64,000 nucleotides of DNA from Flavobacterium sp. (GCF_043780635.1 NZ_JAYWCK010000030.1:349-64348); one strand, 5' to 3'. Positions 1 to 9,792 are shown, numbered from the stretch's first letter. Numbers and translations are program-made. Notes: generated from the sequence alone by a model not told the origin.

Positions 1-15
1 TTTGATTGATGATTG

Positions 16-49
16 AAACCTCGGCTGATTACCTAGGTTTTATTTTTTT
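16..49 (+). terminator. putative rho-independent terminator of a gene ending upstream of the window
   Basis: Stem AAACCTCGG (16-24) pairs with CCTAGGTTT (32-40) with 8 of 9 pairs, followed by TATTTTTTT. Confidence 0.4.
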
Positions 50-84
50 AACCTGAACTTGTTTCAGGTTCTCTAATTATAATT

Positions 85-92
85 TACTTTTG
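85..92 (+). promoter_or_regulatory. Bacteroidetes-type -7 box (TAnnTTTG) upstream of rpe
   Basis: TACTTTTG matches the TAnnTTTG consensus, 59 nt upstream of the ATG at 151. Confidence 0.3.
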
Positions 93-150
93 TACAAATA
101 ACACTAACTACTTTCAGTATTAAAAGATGCTGAAATAAATTCAGTATAAA

Positions 151-813
151 ATGAAGAATACACTTATTGCTCCATCAATTCTTGCTGCTGATTTTGCCAA
201 TTTACAACGTGACATCGAAATGATTAACAATTCTGAAGCCGACTGGTTTCATATTGATATTATGGATGGTGTCTTTGTTCCAAATATTTCCTTTGGAATG
301 CCGGTTTTGGCAGCCATTGCAAAACACGCCAAGAAAACTATCGATGTCCATTTGATGATTGTTGATCCAGATCGATATATCAAAACTTTTGCGGAATTAG
401 GCGCCAATGTATTATGCGTTCATTATGAAGCATGTCCCCATCTTCACAGAACGCTTCAAGCCATCAAAGCCGAAGGAATGAAAGCTGGAGTTGCCTTAAA
501 TCCACACACCAATGTCGATTTATTAGAAGATATCATCAATGATATCGATATGGTTTTAATAATGAGCGTAAATCCTGGTTTTGGAGGACAATCATTTATT
601 GAAAACACCTATTCTAAGGTTAAAAAATTAAAAGATTTAATTACCCGAAAAGGCGCAAATACAATTATCGAAATTGATGGCGGTGTAACCAATAAAAATG
701 CAAAACAATTAGCAGAAGCCGGAGCAGATGTTCTCGTAGCAGGAAGTTTTGTCTTCAAAGCTGACAACCCAACAGAAACAATTGCCGATTTAAAGAAGTT
801 GACCGCTTTTTAA
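151..813 (+). CDS. rpe: ribulose-phosphate 3-epimerase
   Basis: 220 aa with the motifs APSILAADF, HIDIMDGVFVPN, MSVNPGFGGQ and DGGV typical of Rpe. Confidence 0.92.
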   Translation: MKNTLIAPSILAADFANLQRDIEMINNSEADWFHIDIMDGVFVPNISFGMPVLAAIAKHAKKTIDVHLMIVDPDRYIKTFAELGANVLCVHYEACPHLHRTLQAIKAEGMKAGVALNPHTNVDLLEDIINDIDMVLIMSVNPGFGGQSFIENTYSKVKKLKDLITRKGANTIIEIDGGVTNKNAKQLAEAGADVLVAGSFVFKADNPTETIADLKKLTAF

Positions 814-840
814 GAATTAAAAAATAGCTTTAAATAAAAA

Positions 841-869
841 ATCCAAAGACAAAATCTTTGGATTTTTTT
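841..869 (+). terminator. rho-independent terminator of rpe
   Basis: Perfect 9-bp stem ATCCAAAGA / TCTTTGGAT with a 5-nt loop, followed by TTTTTT. Confidence 0.75.
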
Positions 870-873
870 GTTG

Positions 874-947
874 TGACCGCGACAGGGTTCGAACCTGTAA
901 CCCTCAGAGTCGAAATCTGATATTCTATCCAGTTGAACTACGCAGCC
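874..947 (-). tRNA. tRNA-Arg (anticodon TCG)
   Basis: Manual cloverleaf fold. Acceptor GGCTGCG/CGCGGTC (two G-U pairs), D stem GTTC/GAAT, anticodon stem TCAGA/TCTGA with loop TTTCGAC, T arm ACAGG-TTCGAAC-CCTGT. CCA is not encoded. Confidence 0.9.
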
Positions 948-955
948 AATATTTA

Positions 956-1006
956 ATTACGAACTTCAAATTACGGATTATGTGAACGTAATTTGAAATT
1001 CGTAAT
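956..1006 (-). terminator. 20-bp hairpin between the yqeY-like gene and tRNA-Arg (terminator or processing hairpin)
   Basis: Arms ATTACGAACTTCAAATTACG and CGTAATTTGAAATTCGTAAT. The single mismatch is C-A on the plus strand but G-U on the minus strand, so the fold is better on the minus-strand transcript. Confidence 0.5.
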
Positions 1007-1009
1007 AAT

Positions 1010-1459
1010 TTATACTAAAAGTTTTTTAACGATTGTCGAAATTGTTTTTCCTTCAGCAGTTCCACCTAATTGCGCAGAAGCTAATCCCATAACTTTTCCC
1101 ATTGAAGCTATACCTGTTGCTCCAGTTTCTGCAATGATTTTCGCAATTACGGCTTCTACTTCAGCGTCACTCATTTGTGCAGGTAAGAATTTTTCTATTA
1201 CAGCAATTTGAGCCAATTCTGGTTCAGCTAAATCCATACGATTTTGCTCTGTATAAATTTTAGCGCTATCCTTACGGGTTTTTACTAATTTTTGAAGCAA
1301 TTTAATTTCGTCTGCTGCTGTGATTTCTTCTTTTGATCCTGTTGCTGTTTGAGCTAAAAGGATTTCGGATTTAATAGCTCTTAATGCTTCTAATGCTATA
1401 GTATCTTTGGCTCTCATGGCGGTTTTGATATCCTCCATGATTTGTATTGATAAGCTCAT
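1010..1459 (-). CDS. GatB/YqeY domain-containing protein
   Basis: 149 aa. The N-terminus MSLSIQIMEDIKTAMRAKD..LEALRAIKSE and overall length match the YqeY family pattern. Confidence 0.85.
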   Translation of the reverse strand: MSLSIQIMEDIKTAMRAKDTIALEALRAIKSEILLAQTATGSKEEITAADEIKLLQKLVKTRKDSAKIYTEQNRMDLAEPELAQIAVIEKFLPAQMSDAEVEAVIAKIIAETGATGIASMGKVMGLASAQLGGTAEGKTISTIVKKLLV

Positions 1460-1504
1460 ATAAATTTATGATTTGTGTGTTACAATATTATTTAATTCTG
1501 AATT

Positions 1505-1647
1505 GCCCCAGATGGAAATGAAAAGCCTTTTGTGAGAAAATGTATTTTTTTTCTGAACTTAAAAAGCGACCAAAGGAAGCTCTTTTTTGTTCTTGAAAAA
1601 AAGCATTTTCGAAAAAAAGCTTGAAATGAACAGCTGGATTAAGGCTC
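1505..1647 (+). repeat. palindromic rod-like element, long copy (same family as 20708 and 28585)
   Basis: 5' arm CCCCAG-A-TG-GAA-AT-GAA-AAGC and 3' arm GCTT-GAA-AT-GAA-CA-G-CTGG have the same architecture as the other two copies. A roughly 90-nt variable interior lies between the arms. Confidence 0.5.
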
Positions 1648-1712
1648 GACAAATTTAAAGAAATTTAATGGAATTAACAACTGATTGCTTCGTCGTTACT
1701 TCTCGAAAAGGC

Positions 1713-1748
1713 AAAAAATAACCCGAAAATTAAAATTAATTTTCGGGT
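1713..1748 (-). terminator. rho-independent terminator of ftsZ / end of the dcw operon
   Basis: The minus strand reads ACCCGAAAATTA-ATTT-TAATTTTCGGGT followed by TATTTTTT. Confidence 0.7.
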
Positions 1749-1771
1749 CGGGCAATTTAGTTTTGAATTAG

Positions 1772-3700
1772 TTAGTCAACATTATCGTGTAAGTACGAAT
1801 TGTTTGAACGCAATTGCAGGTCGTCATTGCTGTCTGTTCCTACTGAAATTCTTGAATTCGTGCTATTTACTTGTGGTTTAGAAAGATCTATTCCTAGTCT
1901 TTTGTAGGCTGGTTCTCTTTCTAATTCATCAATTTTTGAAATATTATTGTGGAATTTATAATTGAATTCCTTAAGTTTTTTTCTTCTTTCATCAGATCTG
2001 AATTTCAACGCTTCCTGAATCGACATATCCATTGGAGAAACATTGTCAAAAGTTGAAGACGTATTAGAAACAACATCTACCTGTTTCATCGTGATATTCA
2101 TCTCTTCGGGTACTTCCTCAATAGCTGTTGTTGTTGGTTTTGACTCCAATAACGTATTCTCCATCTCTGTATATTCTTCAAGAGAATATCTGATGATTCC
2201 GTTGTCAGTCAATTCCGTTACAGGAACAAATTGAACAGGTTCATTCACTTTTATTTCTCGAGTCTCATTGCTTAGTTCAAACAAGATTTTGTTTTCATCT
2301 GTTTTTGCCGGTTCAGATTTAAAAAGCGGTAAATCAAAAGAAAAAGTAGCTTGTTCTTCTTTTACAAAAACTTTTGGTTCAACCACATTTATCTCCTTAA
2401 CTTTTGCTGATGAAACAACGAAGTCAAGATCTTTAATAGGAGAAACTATTTCGAAAGTCACATCTAAATTTTTAATAAATTCAGTCATTCCCATTAGCTC
2501 TTCACTGTTGATTACTACTTTAGCAGGTTCTTCAGCAACAACATCTTCCAATAATTCGAAAACAATTCTTTCCGCTGTATTAACTATCGAGGCTTCATTA
2601 TTATCCCAATTAAATGCCGGAACGATCTTTTTTGTCAAATCATGAACACTAATTTGTTCGTCTCCAAGCGTATGAATTATTTTTGTTGGTTCTGTATTTA
2701 CAATTTCGCGTTGTTGTTCAACATCAAATCCTGTTGCAATTATTGTAATAGAAATGGCGTCACCAAGCGATTCATCTTCACCAACACCCATAATAATATT
2801 GGCATTGTGACCTGCTTCTACTTGAATAAAATCATTAATTTCACCTATTTCATCAATTGTTATTTCATCAGAACCAGAAACTATGAGCAACAATACGTTT
2901 TTGGCACCAGTGATTTTATTATCATTCAATAAAGGAGAATCCAATGCTGAAATAATTCCTTCTTTTGCTCTGTTTTCACCTGAAGAAACTGACGAACCCA
3001 TAATAGCAGTTCCACTATTTGCCAAAACGGTTTTGGCATCTTTTAAATCGATATTTTGAGTGTAATGATGCGTAATTACTTCGGCAATACCTCTTGAGGC
3101 TGTTGCCAAAACTTCGTCCGCTTTTGAAAATCCAGCTTTGAAACCAAGATTTCCATATACTTCTCTTAATTTATTATTATTGATAACAATTAACGAATCG
3201 ACTTGTTTGCGTAATTTATCAATACCAATAAGCGCTTGCTCTTGACGAACTTTTCCTTCAAAAGAGAAAGGCAAAGTTACGATTCCAACAGTTAAAATAT
3301 CTCTTTCTTTGGCCAATTGAGCGATTACTGGCGCTGCACCTGTGCCAGTTCCTCCGCCCATTCCTGCAGTTATAAAAACCATTTTGGTGTTGCTGTCAAG
3401 CATTTTTTCAATTTCAGCTATACTTTCAATTGCTGATTGTTGCCCAACGTCTGGGTTTGCTCCTGCTCCAAGTCCTTCGGTCAAGTTTACACCTAACTGA
3501 ATTTTGTTTGGCACAGAACTGTTATCCAAAGCTTGTGAATCGGTATTACAAACGATAAAATCTACGCCTTTAATACCTTGTTTAAACATGTGGTTTATGG
3601 CATTACTTCCGCCTCCACCTACACCAATAACTTTTATTACATTTGATTGGTTTTTGGGTAAATCAAATGAAATGCTTCCAAATTCTGAGTTGCTCATCAT
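1772..3700 (-). CDS. ftsZ: cell division protein FtsZ (long C-terminal linker)
   Basis: Contains GVGGGGSNA and the tubulin signature GMGGGTGTGAAP. It is the last gene of the dcw cluster. Confidence 0.95.
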   Translation of the reverse strand: MMSNSEFGSISFDLPKNQSNVIKVIGVGGGGSNAINHMFKQGIKGVDFIVCNTDSQALDNSSVPNKIQLGVNLTEGLGAGANPDVGQQSAIESIAEIEKMLDSNTKMVFITAGMGGGTGTGAAPVIAQLAKERDILTVGIVTLPFSFEGKVRQEQALIGIDKLRKQVDSLIVINNNKLREVYGNLGFKAGFSKADEVLATASRGIAEVITHHYTQNIDLKDAKTVLANSGTAIMGSSVSSGENRAKEGIISALDSPLLNDNKITGAKNVLLLIVSGSDEITIDEIGEINDFIQVEAGHNANIIMGVGEDESLGDAISITIIATGFDVEQQREIVNTEPTKIIHTLGDEQISVHDLTKKIVPAFNWDNNEASIVNTAERIVFELLEDVVAEEPAKVVINSEELMGMTEFIKNLDVTFEIVSPIKDLDFVVSSAKVKEINVVEPKVFVKEEQATFSFDLPLFKSEPAKTDENKILFELSNETREIKVNEPVQFVPVTELTDNGIIRYSLEEYTEMENTLLESKPTTTAIEEVPEEMNITMKQVDVVSNTSSTFDNVSPMDMSIQEALKFRSDERRKKLKEFNYKFHNNISKIDELEREPAYKRLGIDLSKPQVNSTNSRISVGTDSNDDLQLRSNNSYLHDNVD

Positions 3701-3747
3701 CTTATTGGGTTTTTATTATTTTTATATATTTAATTTGTTCCTTATTT

Positions 3748-5118
3748 TTATTCTGCATTATCCAAGAAATCTTTAATCTTGTCGACGTATCTGTCAAAGA
3801 AAGACCTCTGTATTCTTTTACCAGTAGATTCCTCTTTTACAACTTCTTCCTCTATAATCACATTTCTTGGCTCCTCAATTTCTGCTTTCTGATAAACTGG
3901 CGGTTTAACAGATGTCTTTTCTGGTACCACAGTATCAATTCTTATGGCGCTTTGTGTTTTATTTTCAATGCTATTCATTACTAATCCTACCGCTGTTGCA
4001 TATAAAGGGCTTGATATTTCTTCGTCAGAATTCCCAGCCAAATGCTCGTTAGGATATCCTATTCTTGTATCCATTCCGGTTATGTATTCTACCAATTGTT
4101 TGATGTGGTTCAATTGAGCTCCACCGCCGGTTAATACAATTCCTGCAATCAATTTTTTACGTGGATCTTCGTGACCGTAATCTTTGATTTCGGTAAAAAC
4201 CTGCTCAATAATTTCAACAACGCGAGCGTGAATTATCTTGGACAAATTCTTTAACGAAATTTCTTTCGGCTCTCTTCCTCTTAATCCTGGAATCGAAACA
4301 ATTTCGTTGTCTTTGTTTTCTCCTGGCCAAGCCGATCCGAATTTTACTTTTAATAATTCAGCCTGCTTTTCGATAATGGAACAGCCTTCTTTGATATCGT
4401 CGGTAATTACATTTCCTCCAAAAGGAATAACTGCTGTATGACGAATAATTCCGTCTTTAAAAATGGCTAAATCTGTTGTTCCCCCACCAATATCAATTAA
4501 CGCAACTCCAGCTTCTTTCTCTTCTTGGCTTAGAACTGCATCGGCTGATGCCAATGGTTCCAAGGTTAATCCAGATAATTCTATTCCGGAACTTTGAATA
4601 CATCTGCCTACATTTCGAATTGAAGAAGCCTGCCCAACCACAACGTGAAAACTAGACTCCAACCTCCCGCCGTACATTCCGATAGGTTCTTTGATTTCAG
4701 ACTGACCGTCGATTTTAAATTCTTGTGGCAAAACGTGAATTATTTCTTCTCCAGGTAACATCGCCAATTTATTTACCTGATCAATCAAAAGCTGAATATC
4801 ATTGCCTCCAATTACTTCTTCGGCATTTTTTCTAATGATATAATCACTGTGTTGAATGCTGCGAATATGTTGACCAGCAATGCCAACAACTACGTCTTTT
4901 ATTTTATAACCAGACTTATTTTCTGCTTCAAGAACAGCTTGCTGAATCGATTGTATCGTTTGAGTGATATTGTTTACAACACCTCTGGCCACACCTAAAC
5001 TTTTGGATTTTCCAACACCCAAAATCTCCAGTTTTCCATACTCATTTTTCTTGCCTATCATGGCAACTATTTTTGTTGTCCCAATATCTAGACCTACTGC
5101 AATATTCTCTTTTTCCAT
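3748..5118 (-). CDS. ftsA: cell division protein FtsA
   Basis: Actin-like ATPase motifs GLDIGTTKIV and DIGGGTTD. It lies between ftsQ and ftsZ. Confidence 0.93.
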   Translation of the reverse strand: MEKENIAVGLDIGTTKIVAMIGKKNEYGKLEILGVGKSKSLGVARGVVNNITQTIQSIQQAVLEAENKSGYKIKDVVVGIAGQHIRSIQHSDYIIRKNAEEVIGGNDIQLLIDQVNKLAMLPGEEIIHVLPQEFKIDGQSEIKEPIGMYGGRLESSFHVVVGQASSIRNVGRCIQSSGIELSGLTLEPLASADAVLSQEEKEAGVALIDIGGGTTDLAIFKDGIIRHTAVIPFGGNVITDDIKEGCSIIEKQAELLKVKFGSAWPGENKDNEIVSIPGLRGREPKEISLKNLSKIIHARVVEIIEQVFTEIKDYGHEDPRKKLIAGIVLTGGGAQLNHIKQLVEYITGMDTRIGYPNEHLAGNSDEEISSPLYATAVGLVMNSIENKTQSAIRIDTVVPEKTSVKPPVYQKAEIEEPRNVIIEEEVVKEESTGKRIQRSFFDRYVDKIKDFLDNAE

Positions 5119-5126
5119 TATCTATA

Positions 5127-5849
5127 TTATTTAGTACACACAACTTGCTGCGCAAATCTGAGATCAATAGTTTTATATTTATAAAGCGAACTATCTAAAA
5201 CCGCTTTTTGAAAAAACGCTTTGTAATTATTGAATTTAGCTTGCATTCTTATGGTTCCACCAAAATCAATTTGATAATTATAATTTCTGTTGAGCATTTT
5301 TAAACTTCCATTTGGCATAATCTGAACACCAATGATGTTTTTTTTCAAAAACGCATCGTCATATATTATCCGAAATAACTCGGCTAATTCTTCGCTATTT
5401 TTTTTATTAATTCCCCCCGAAACAAGTGGAACTCTAGCCGTAAAATTTGCTGACAAAGGCATTGTATTTCCCTCGTAATCAATATAGAAAGAATTATCCC
5501 CGTCAAAAACTCTGGCTATAGGAGTTTTTTGTTTTACTACTGCTTTTAAAACCCCATCAATGCTCACAAACACATCTGATTTTTCAATCATTTCTTGTGC
5601 GTTAAGCGCTTTTTCCAATCTATTCAAATCTAATTTATCTTTACCTATACTTTTTGCGTCTCTATTATTTTCTATTAACAATTTATTAACCGTTTCCTGA
5701 TCTACAAAAGGCAAGTTATATCCTACAAAAACAACAACTGATTTTGACAATTTTCTATTATTATTCCGATTTGAAGTAAACGAAAACAGGAAAATTACCA
5801 ATGAAAACATTAGCACTAACCGAATATTTGTCCAATTAAATAGTTTCAT
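5127..5849 (-). CDS. ftsQ: cell division protein FtsQ/DivIB family
   Basis: 240 aa with a single N-terminal transmembrane segment, positioned between murC and ftsA. Confidence 0.8.
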   Translation of the reverse strand: MKLFNWTNIRLVLMFSLVIFLFSFTSNRNNNRKLSKSVVVFVGYNLPFVDQETVNKLLIENNRDAKSIGKDKLDLNRLEKALNAQEMIEKSDVFVSIDGVLKAVVKQKTPIARVFDGDNSFYIDYEGNTMPLSANFTARVPLVSGGINKKNSEELAELFRIIYDDAFLKKNIIGVQIMPNGSLKMLNRNYNYQIDFGGTIRMQAKFNNYKAFFQKAVLDSSLYKYKTIDLRFAQQVVCTK

Positions 5850-7185
5850 TTAGCGCTTTTTTAATTGATGAAACTAATTCTCCAATATCTCCCGCCCCAA
5901 TAGTCACAATTACAGTTGCATCACTTTCTAAAATAGAAGGTATCAATTCTTGTTTTGAAACTAATTTCTTATTATTATTTTTAATTTTATCTAATAACCA
6001 ACTTGAGGTAATTCCTTCCATTGGCAATTCTCTTGCTGGATAAATATCCAATAAAATTACTTCGTCAAAAGCAGCAAGACTTTGTGCAAAATTATCAGCA
6101 AAATCTTTGGTTCTACTAAATAAATGTGGTTGGAAAACAGCCAAGACTTTTTTGCCTGGATATAATTCTCGGACTGCTTGATGAACCGCATTAATTTCGG
6201 TTGGATGATGGGCGTAATCATCGATATAAATCAACTTTTCAGTTTTGATTTGATACGAAAATCTTCTTTTTATTCCTTTGAATGAAAGCAAGGCATTAGC
6301 AATGTCTTCGGTTGGGAGGCCGAAAGTTTTTGCCATTGCTAATGCCATTAGTGCGTTCATCAAATTGTGTTTACCAGGTAAACCAAATTCTATATTATAC
6401 AATGTTTCTGATGGTGTTCGCACATCAAAAACGTATTGACTGTTTCTGATTCTTATATTGAAAGCGGTAAAATCAGCTTTATCGTTTACAGCACAAGTAA
6501 CTCCTTTTATTGGCAAATCTTTTGTGATGAAAAGTTTAGTTTTATCTTCAACTTTATCTGCAAATTCTACAAAGGAAGCTTCGATTGCTGATTTATCACC
6601 ATAAATATCCAAATGATCCGCATCCATCGAAGTTACACAAGCAATATTGGGATACAAATGCAAAAAGGAACGATCAAATTCATCAGCTTCGACAACTGTT
6701 ATCGTTTTTCCGTTTCCTATTAAATTCGAATTATAATTTTCCACAATTCCTCCAACAAAAGCCGTAACATCAACACCGCTTTGAAATAAAATATGTCCAA
6801 GAATTCCTGAAGTAGTTGTTTTTCCGTGTGTTCCTGCAACTGCAAAACAGAAAGTGTCTTTTGTAATAATACCAAGAACTTCAGCTCTTTTCTTCACTTC
6901 ATATTCTCTCTCTAAGAAATAATTCCATTCTGAATGTGATTTTGGAACTGCCGGAGTGATAACTACTAATGTGTTTTCTGCATAATAATCCTCAGGAATT
7001 AAATCAATACTATCCTCAAAATGAATGTTAATTCCAAGTTTATGTAACTCTTTTGTAAGTTCCGTTTCGGTTTTATCATAACCAGACACATTCTTGCCGA
7101 TGGCTTTGAAATAGCGCGCCAAAGCGCTCATCCCAATTCCTCCGATGCCTATGAAATAGACGTTATGTATTTGATTTAGATTCAT
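5836..7185 (-). CDS. murC: UDP-N-acetylmuramate--L-alanine ligase
   Basis: Motifs GIGGIGMSALA, GTHGKTTT and DDYAHHP, in dcw context. Confidence 0.93.
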   Translation of the reverse strand: MNLNQIHNVYFIGIGGIGMSALARYFKAIGKNVSGYDKTETELTKELHKLGINIHFEDSIDLIPEDYYAENTLVVITPAVPKSHSEWNYFLEREYEVKKRAEVLGIITKDTFCFAVAGTHGKTTTSGILGHILFQSGVDVTAFVGGIVENYNSNLIGNGKTITVVEADEFDRSFLHLYPNIACVTSMDADHLDIYGDKSAIEASFVEFADKVEDKTKLFITKDLPIKGVTCAVNDKADFTAFNIRIRNSQYVFDVRTPSETLYNIEFGLPGKHNLMNALMALAMAKTFGLPTEDIANALLSFKGIKRRFSYQIKTEKLIYIDDYAHHPTEINAVHQAVRELYPGKKVLAVFQPHLFSRTKDFADNFAQSLAAFDEVILLDIYPARELPMEGITSSWLLDKIKNNNKKLVSKQELIPSILESDATVIVTIGAGDIGELVSSIKKALNETI

Positions 7186-7271
7186 ATGTAGATAATATTT
7201 GTTTTTTAAAGGATTATGGAATTCGCATATATTGTCATCGATGTTTACTTCGAATTTCCGTTATGCTCATT

Positions 7272-8360
7272 TCATTTTATTAATTTTACGATTTCGTCAA
7301 CTATTTGTTTTGTGGCGTTTGGCAAAGCCAAATGCTTAATGTTTTTACTCAACTGATCTTGTTTTCCCTGGTCTTTCAACAAGGCTTCAAAAATAAGACT
7401 GAATTGTGAATCCAATTCCGCTTCCCTAATCATTATCGCTCCTTTTTTATCGACTATTGATTTTGCATTTTTAGTTTGATGGTCTTCTGCAACATTTGGA
7501 GAAGGAATAAAAATCACAGGTTTCCCCACGATACATAACTCCGAAACCGAGGATGCTCCAGCTCGCGAAATCACTATATCTGCAGCCGAATAAACCAAAT
7601 CCATTCTGTCAATAAACGCTAAAACCTGAACATTATTCGAATTGTATTTCTTGTAATCTTCAAAATATAATTTCCCACATTGCCAGATAACCTGAATATC
7701 TTGAGAAAGAAAATTATCTAATTCTTTTTCTATTAATTGGTTGACTCTTCTTGCTCCAAGGCTTCCGCCAAGAACCAACAATGTTTTTTTATTGGCATCC
7801 AAATTAAAAAACTGTATTGCCTCAGCCCTTTTGCTTTCGATGTCAATCAAATCCTGACGCACTGGATTTCCGGTCAAAATCATTTTGTCTTTTGGAAAAA
7901 ATCGCTCTAAATTTTCATAGGCAACACAAATTTTATTCGCTTTCTTACTTAATAATTTATTGGTAATTCCCGGATATGAATTTTGTTCCTGAATCACCGT
8001 TGGAATATTCAACATATTTGCCATTTGCAATAACGGTCCAGAAGCAAAACCTCCGGTACCAATAACAACATTGGGTTTGAATTTCTTAATTATTTTTCGA
8101 GATTTCCATAAACTATCGATTAATTTGAAAGGAAACATTGCGTTTTGCAAAGTCAATTTTCGTTGTAAACCAGCAATCCAAAGCCCTTCAATCTTGTAAC
8201 CTGCTTGAGGAACTTTTTGCATTTCCATTTTGTCTTTGGCACCCACAAATAGAAATTCAGCATCAGGAAAACGAGATTTTAATTCATTAGCAATCGCAAC
8301 CGCAGGATAGATATGTCCTCCTGTTCCGCCTCCACTTAATATAAATTTTAATTTTTCCAT
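7272..8360 (-). CDS. murG: UDP-GlcNAc--undecaprenyl-PP-MurNAc-pentapeptide GlcNAc transferase
   Basis: N-terminal [11 protein letters not shown] motif and C-terminal GASS..E region, in dcw context. Confidence 0.92.
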   Translation of the reverse strand: MEKLKFILSGGGTGGHIYPAVAIANELKSRFPDAEFLFVGAKDKMEMQKVPQAGYKIEGLWIAGLQRKLTLQNAMFPFKLIDSLWKSRKIIKKFKPNVVIGTGGFASGPLLQMANMLNIPTVIQEQNSYPGITNKLLSKKANKICVAYENLERFFPKDKMILTGNPVRQDLIDIESKRAEAIQFFNLDANKKTLLVLGGSLGARRVNQLIEKELDNFLSQDIQVIWQCGKLYFEDYKKYNSNNVQVLAFIDRMDLVYSAADIVISRAGASSVSELCIVGKPVIFIPSPNVAEDHQTKNAKSIVDKKGAIMIREAELDSQFSLIFEALLKDQGKQDQLSKNIKHLALPNATKQIVDEIVKLIK

Positions 8361-8372
8361 CTCTTCTATGAA

Positions 8373-9686
8373 TTATTTATTCAAAACAGCATTCATTGGA
8401 TTACCCGCATTATCTTGTATAGAATAGTTTTCTTCGGCTTCATTTTTAGCTTCATTTTCTGCCTCATTTTCCTCTTCTAATTGCTTGTCAATAAGTTTTT
8501 GTAATGCTGCTTCTCTTCTAGCTTTATCACTTATTTCCTGAGCAATTTCTTCTTCTTTTTTGGTCACATTTATGATAATACCCAAAGCTATACACGTCAT
8601 CCAAATGGAACTTCCACCGCTACTTATAAGCGGTAACGTTTGACCGGTTACTGGCAATAGTTCAACAGCAACAGCCATATTAATCATCGCCTGAAAAATC
8701 ATTGGAAAACCAAGTCCAACAACTAATAATTTTCCGAACAATGAATTTGCTTTATGAGCGGCAATTACAAATCTAAAAAACAGCAATAAATACAAAAATA
8801 AAATTCCCAAGCCGCCTATTAATCCCCATTCCTCTACGATAATGGCATAAATAAAATCCGAAGAAGATTGTGGTAAAAAATGTTTTTGCACACTTTTTCC
8901 TGGTCCAAGTCCGTAAATTCCGCCAGAAGCAATTGCGATTTTTGCTTTCTCGATTTGGTAATCGTCTTCGCCAGGTTTGTTGGTTCTGAAATTTTCGATT
9001 CGGCTTTGCCAAGTATTTACTCTGCTAAATAAATGAGAATCAGGAAATGCCTTTGCCAATAAAATAAATAATAATAATGCAGCAAATCCGGCGCTAATTA
9101 TAAAACCTATATATTTTAATGGATATTTTCCAACGAAAGTCAACATCATTATCATTGAAAATATCAAGGCTGCTGTGGAGAAATTGGATGGTAAAATAAA
9201 TCCTAAAGTTATAAAAATAGGAAGCCAAAGTTCTATAAGTGAGTCTTTAAAACTAATTTCCTCTTCTCGTTTTTTGGCTAAATATCTTGCTGTAAAAACA
9301 AATAAAACAATTGCTGCAAATGTTGATGTTTGAAAGGATATTCCAATAAAAGGTATTTGTATCCATCGACTTGCATTAGCACCTGCAATAACAGTTCCTT
9401 TTATCATTGTGTAACCTAATAACAACCAAACAATTGGCAAAGCTATCTTAGAAATTCCTCTATAATAATGAAATGGCACTTTATGAACCCAATAAATAAT
9501 GATGAAACCAATAAAAATATGAGCCAGATGCTTTAACAAATAGCTAATCGTATTTCCTGTTCCATGGCCAATATAGGCCAAATTACTACTCGCACTAAAA
9601 ACAGGCATAAACGAAAACAGTGCTAATAAAGCCACGAATGACCATATTACTCTGTCCCCTTTTAGATTGTTTATTAGTTCTTTCAT
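8373..9686 (-). CDS. ftsW: FtsW/RodA/SpoVE family (SEDS) cell division protein
   Basis: Polytopic membrane protein with SSDFI and LPLISSGGSS motifs plus an acidic C-terminal tail, in dcw context. Confidence 0.9.
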   Translation of the reverse strand: MKELINNLKGDRVIWSFVALLALFSFMPVFSASSNLAYIGHGTGNTISYLLKHLAHIFIGFIIIYWVHKVPFHYYRGISKIALPIVWLLLGYTMIKGTVIAGANASRWIQIPFIGISFQTSTFAAIVLFVFTARYLAKKREEEISFKDSLIELWLPIFITLGFILPSNFSTAALIFSMIMMLTFVGKYPLKYIGFIISAGFAALLLFILLAKAFPDSHLFSRVNTWQSRIENFRTNKPGEDDYQIEKAKIAIASGGIYGLGPGKSVQKHFLPQSSSDFIYAIIVEEWGLIGGLGILFLYLLLFFRFVIAAHKANSLFGKLLVVGLGFPMIFQAMINMAVAVELLPVTGQTLPLISSGGSSIWMTCIALGIIINVTKKEEEIAQEISDKARREAALQKLIDKQLEEENEAENEAKNEAEENYSIQDNAGNPMNAVLNK

Positions 9687-9700
9687 TTTAATATCCGATT

Positions 9701-9789
9701 TACGATATTTGAAATACGATATTTGAAAATGCTTTTAAAGATTTATTTCTCCAACACAAATCGAAAATCGTATATCTGATATCGTATAT
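9701..9789. repeat. dyad of 14-bp-phased TACGAT repeats in the murD-ftsW spacer
   Basis: TACGATATTTGAAA occurs twice in tandem (9701-9728). ATCGTATAT occurs twice, 14 bp apart (9767, 9781), in the opposite orientation. Confidence 0.6.
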
Positions 9790-9792
9790 TTT

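Noticed and set aside
993-1211. 72-aa plus-strand ORF overlapping the yqeY-like gene.
   Set aside because: It is entirely antisense to a well-supported conserved CDS, and its low-complexity composition mirrors the opposite-strand codons.
2043-3984. Series of plus-strand ORFs (63-125 aa) inside ftsZ and ftsA.
   Set aside because: They are antisense shadows of highly conserved genes in AT-rich DNA. None shows a recognisable motif or a promoter.
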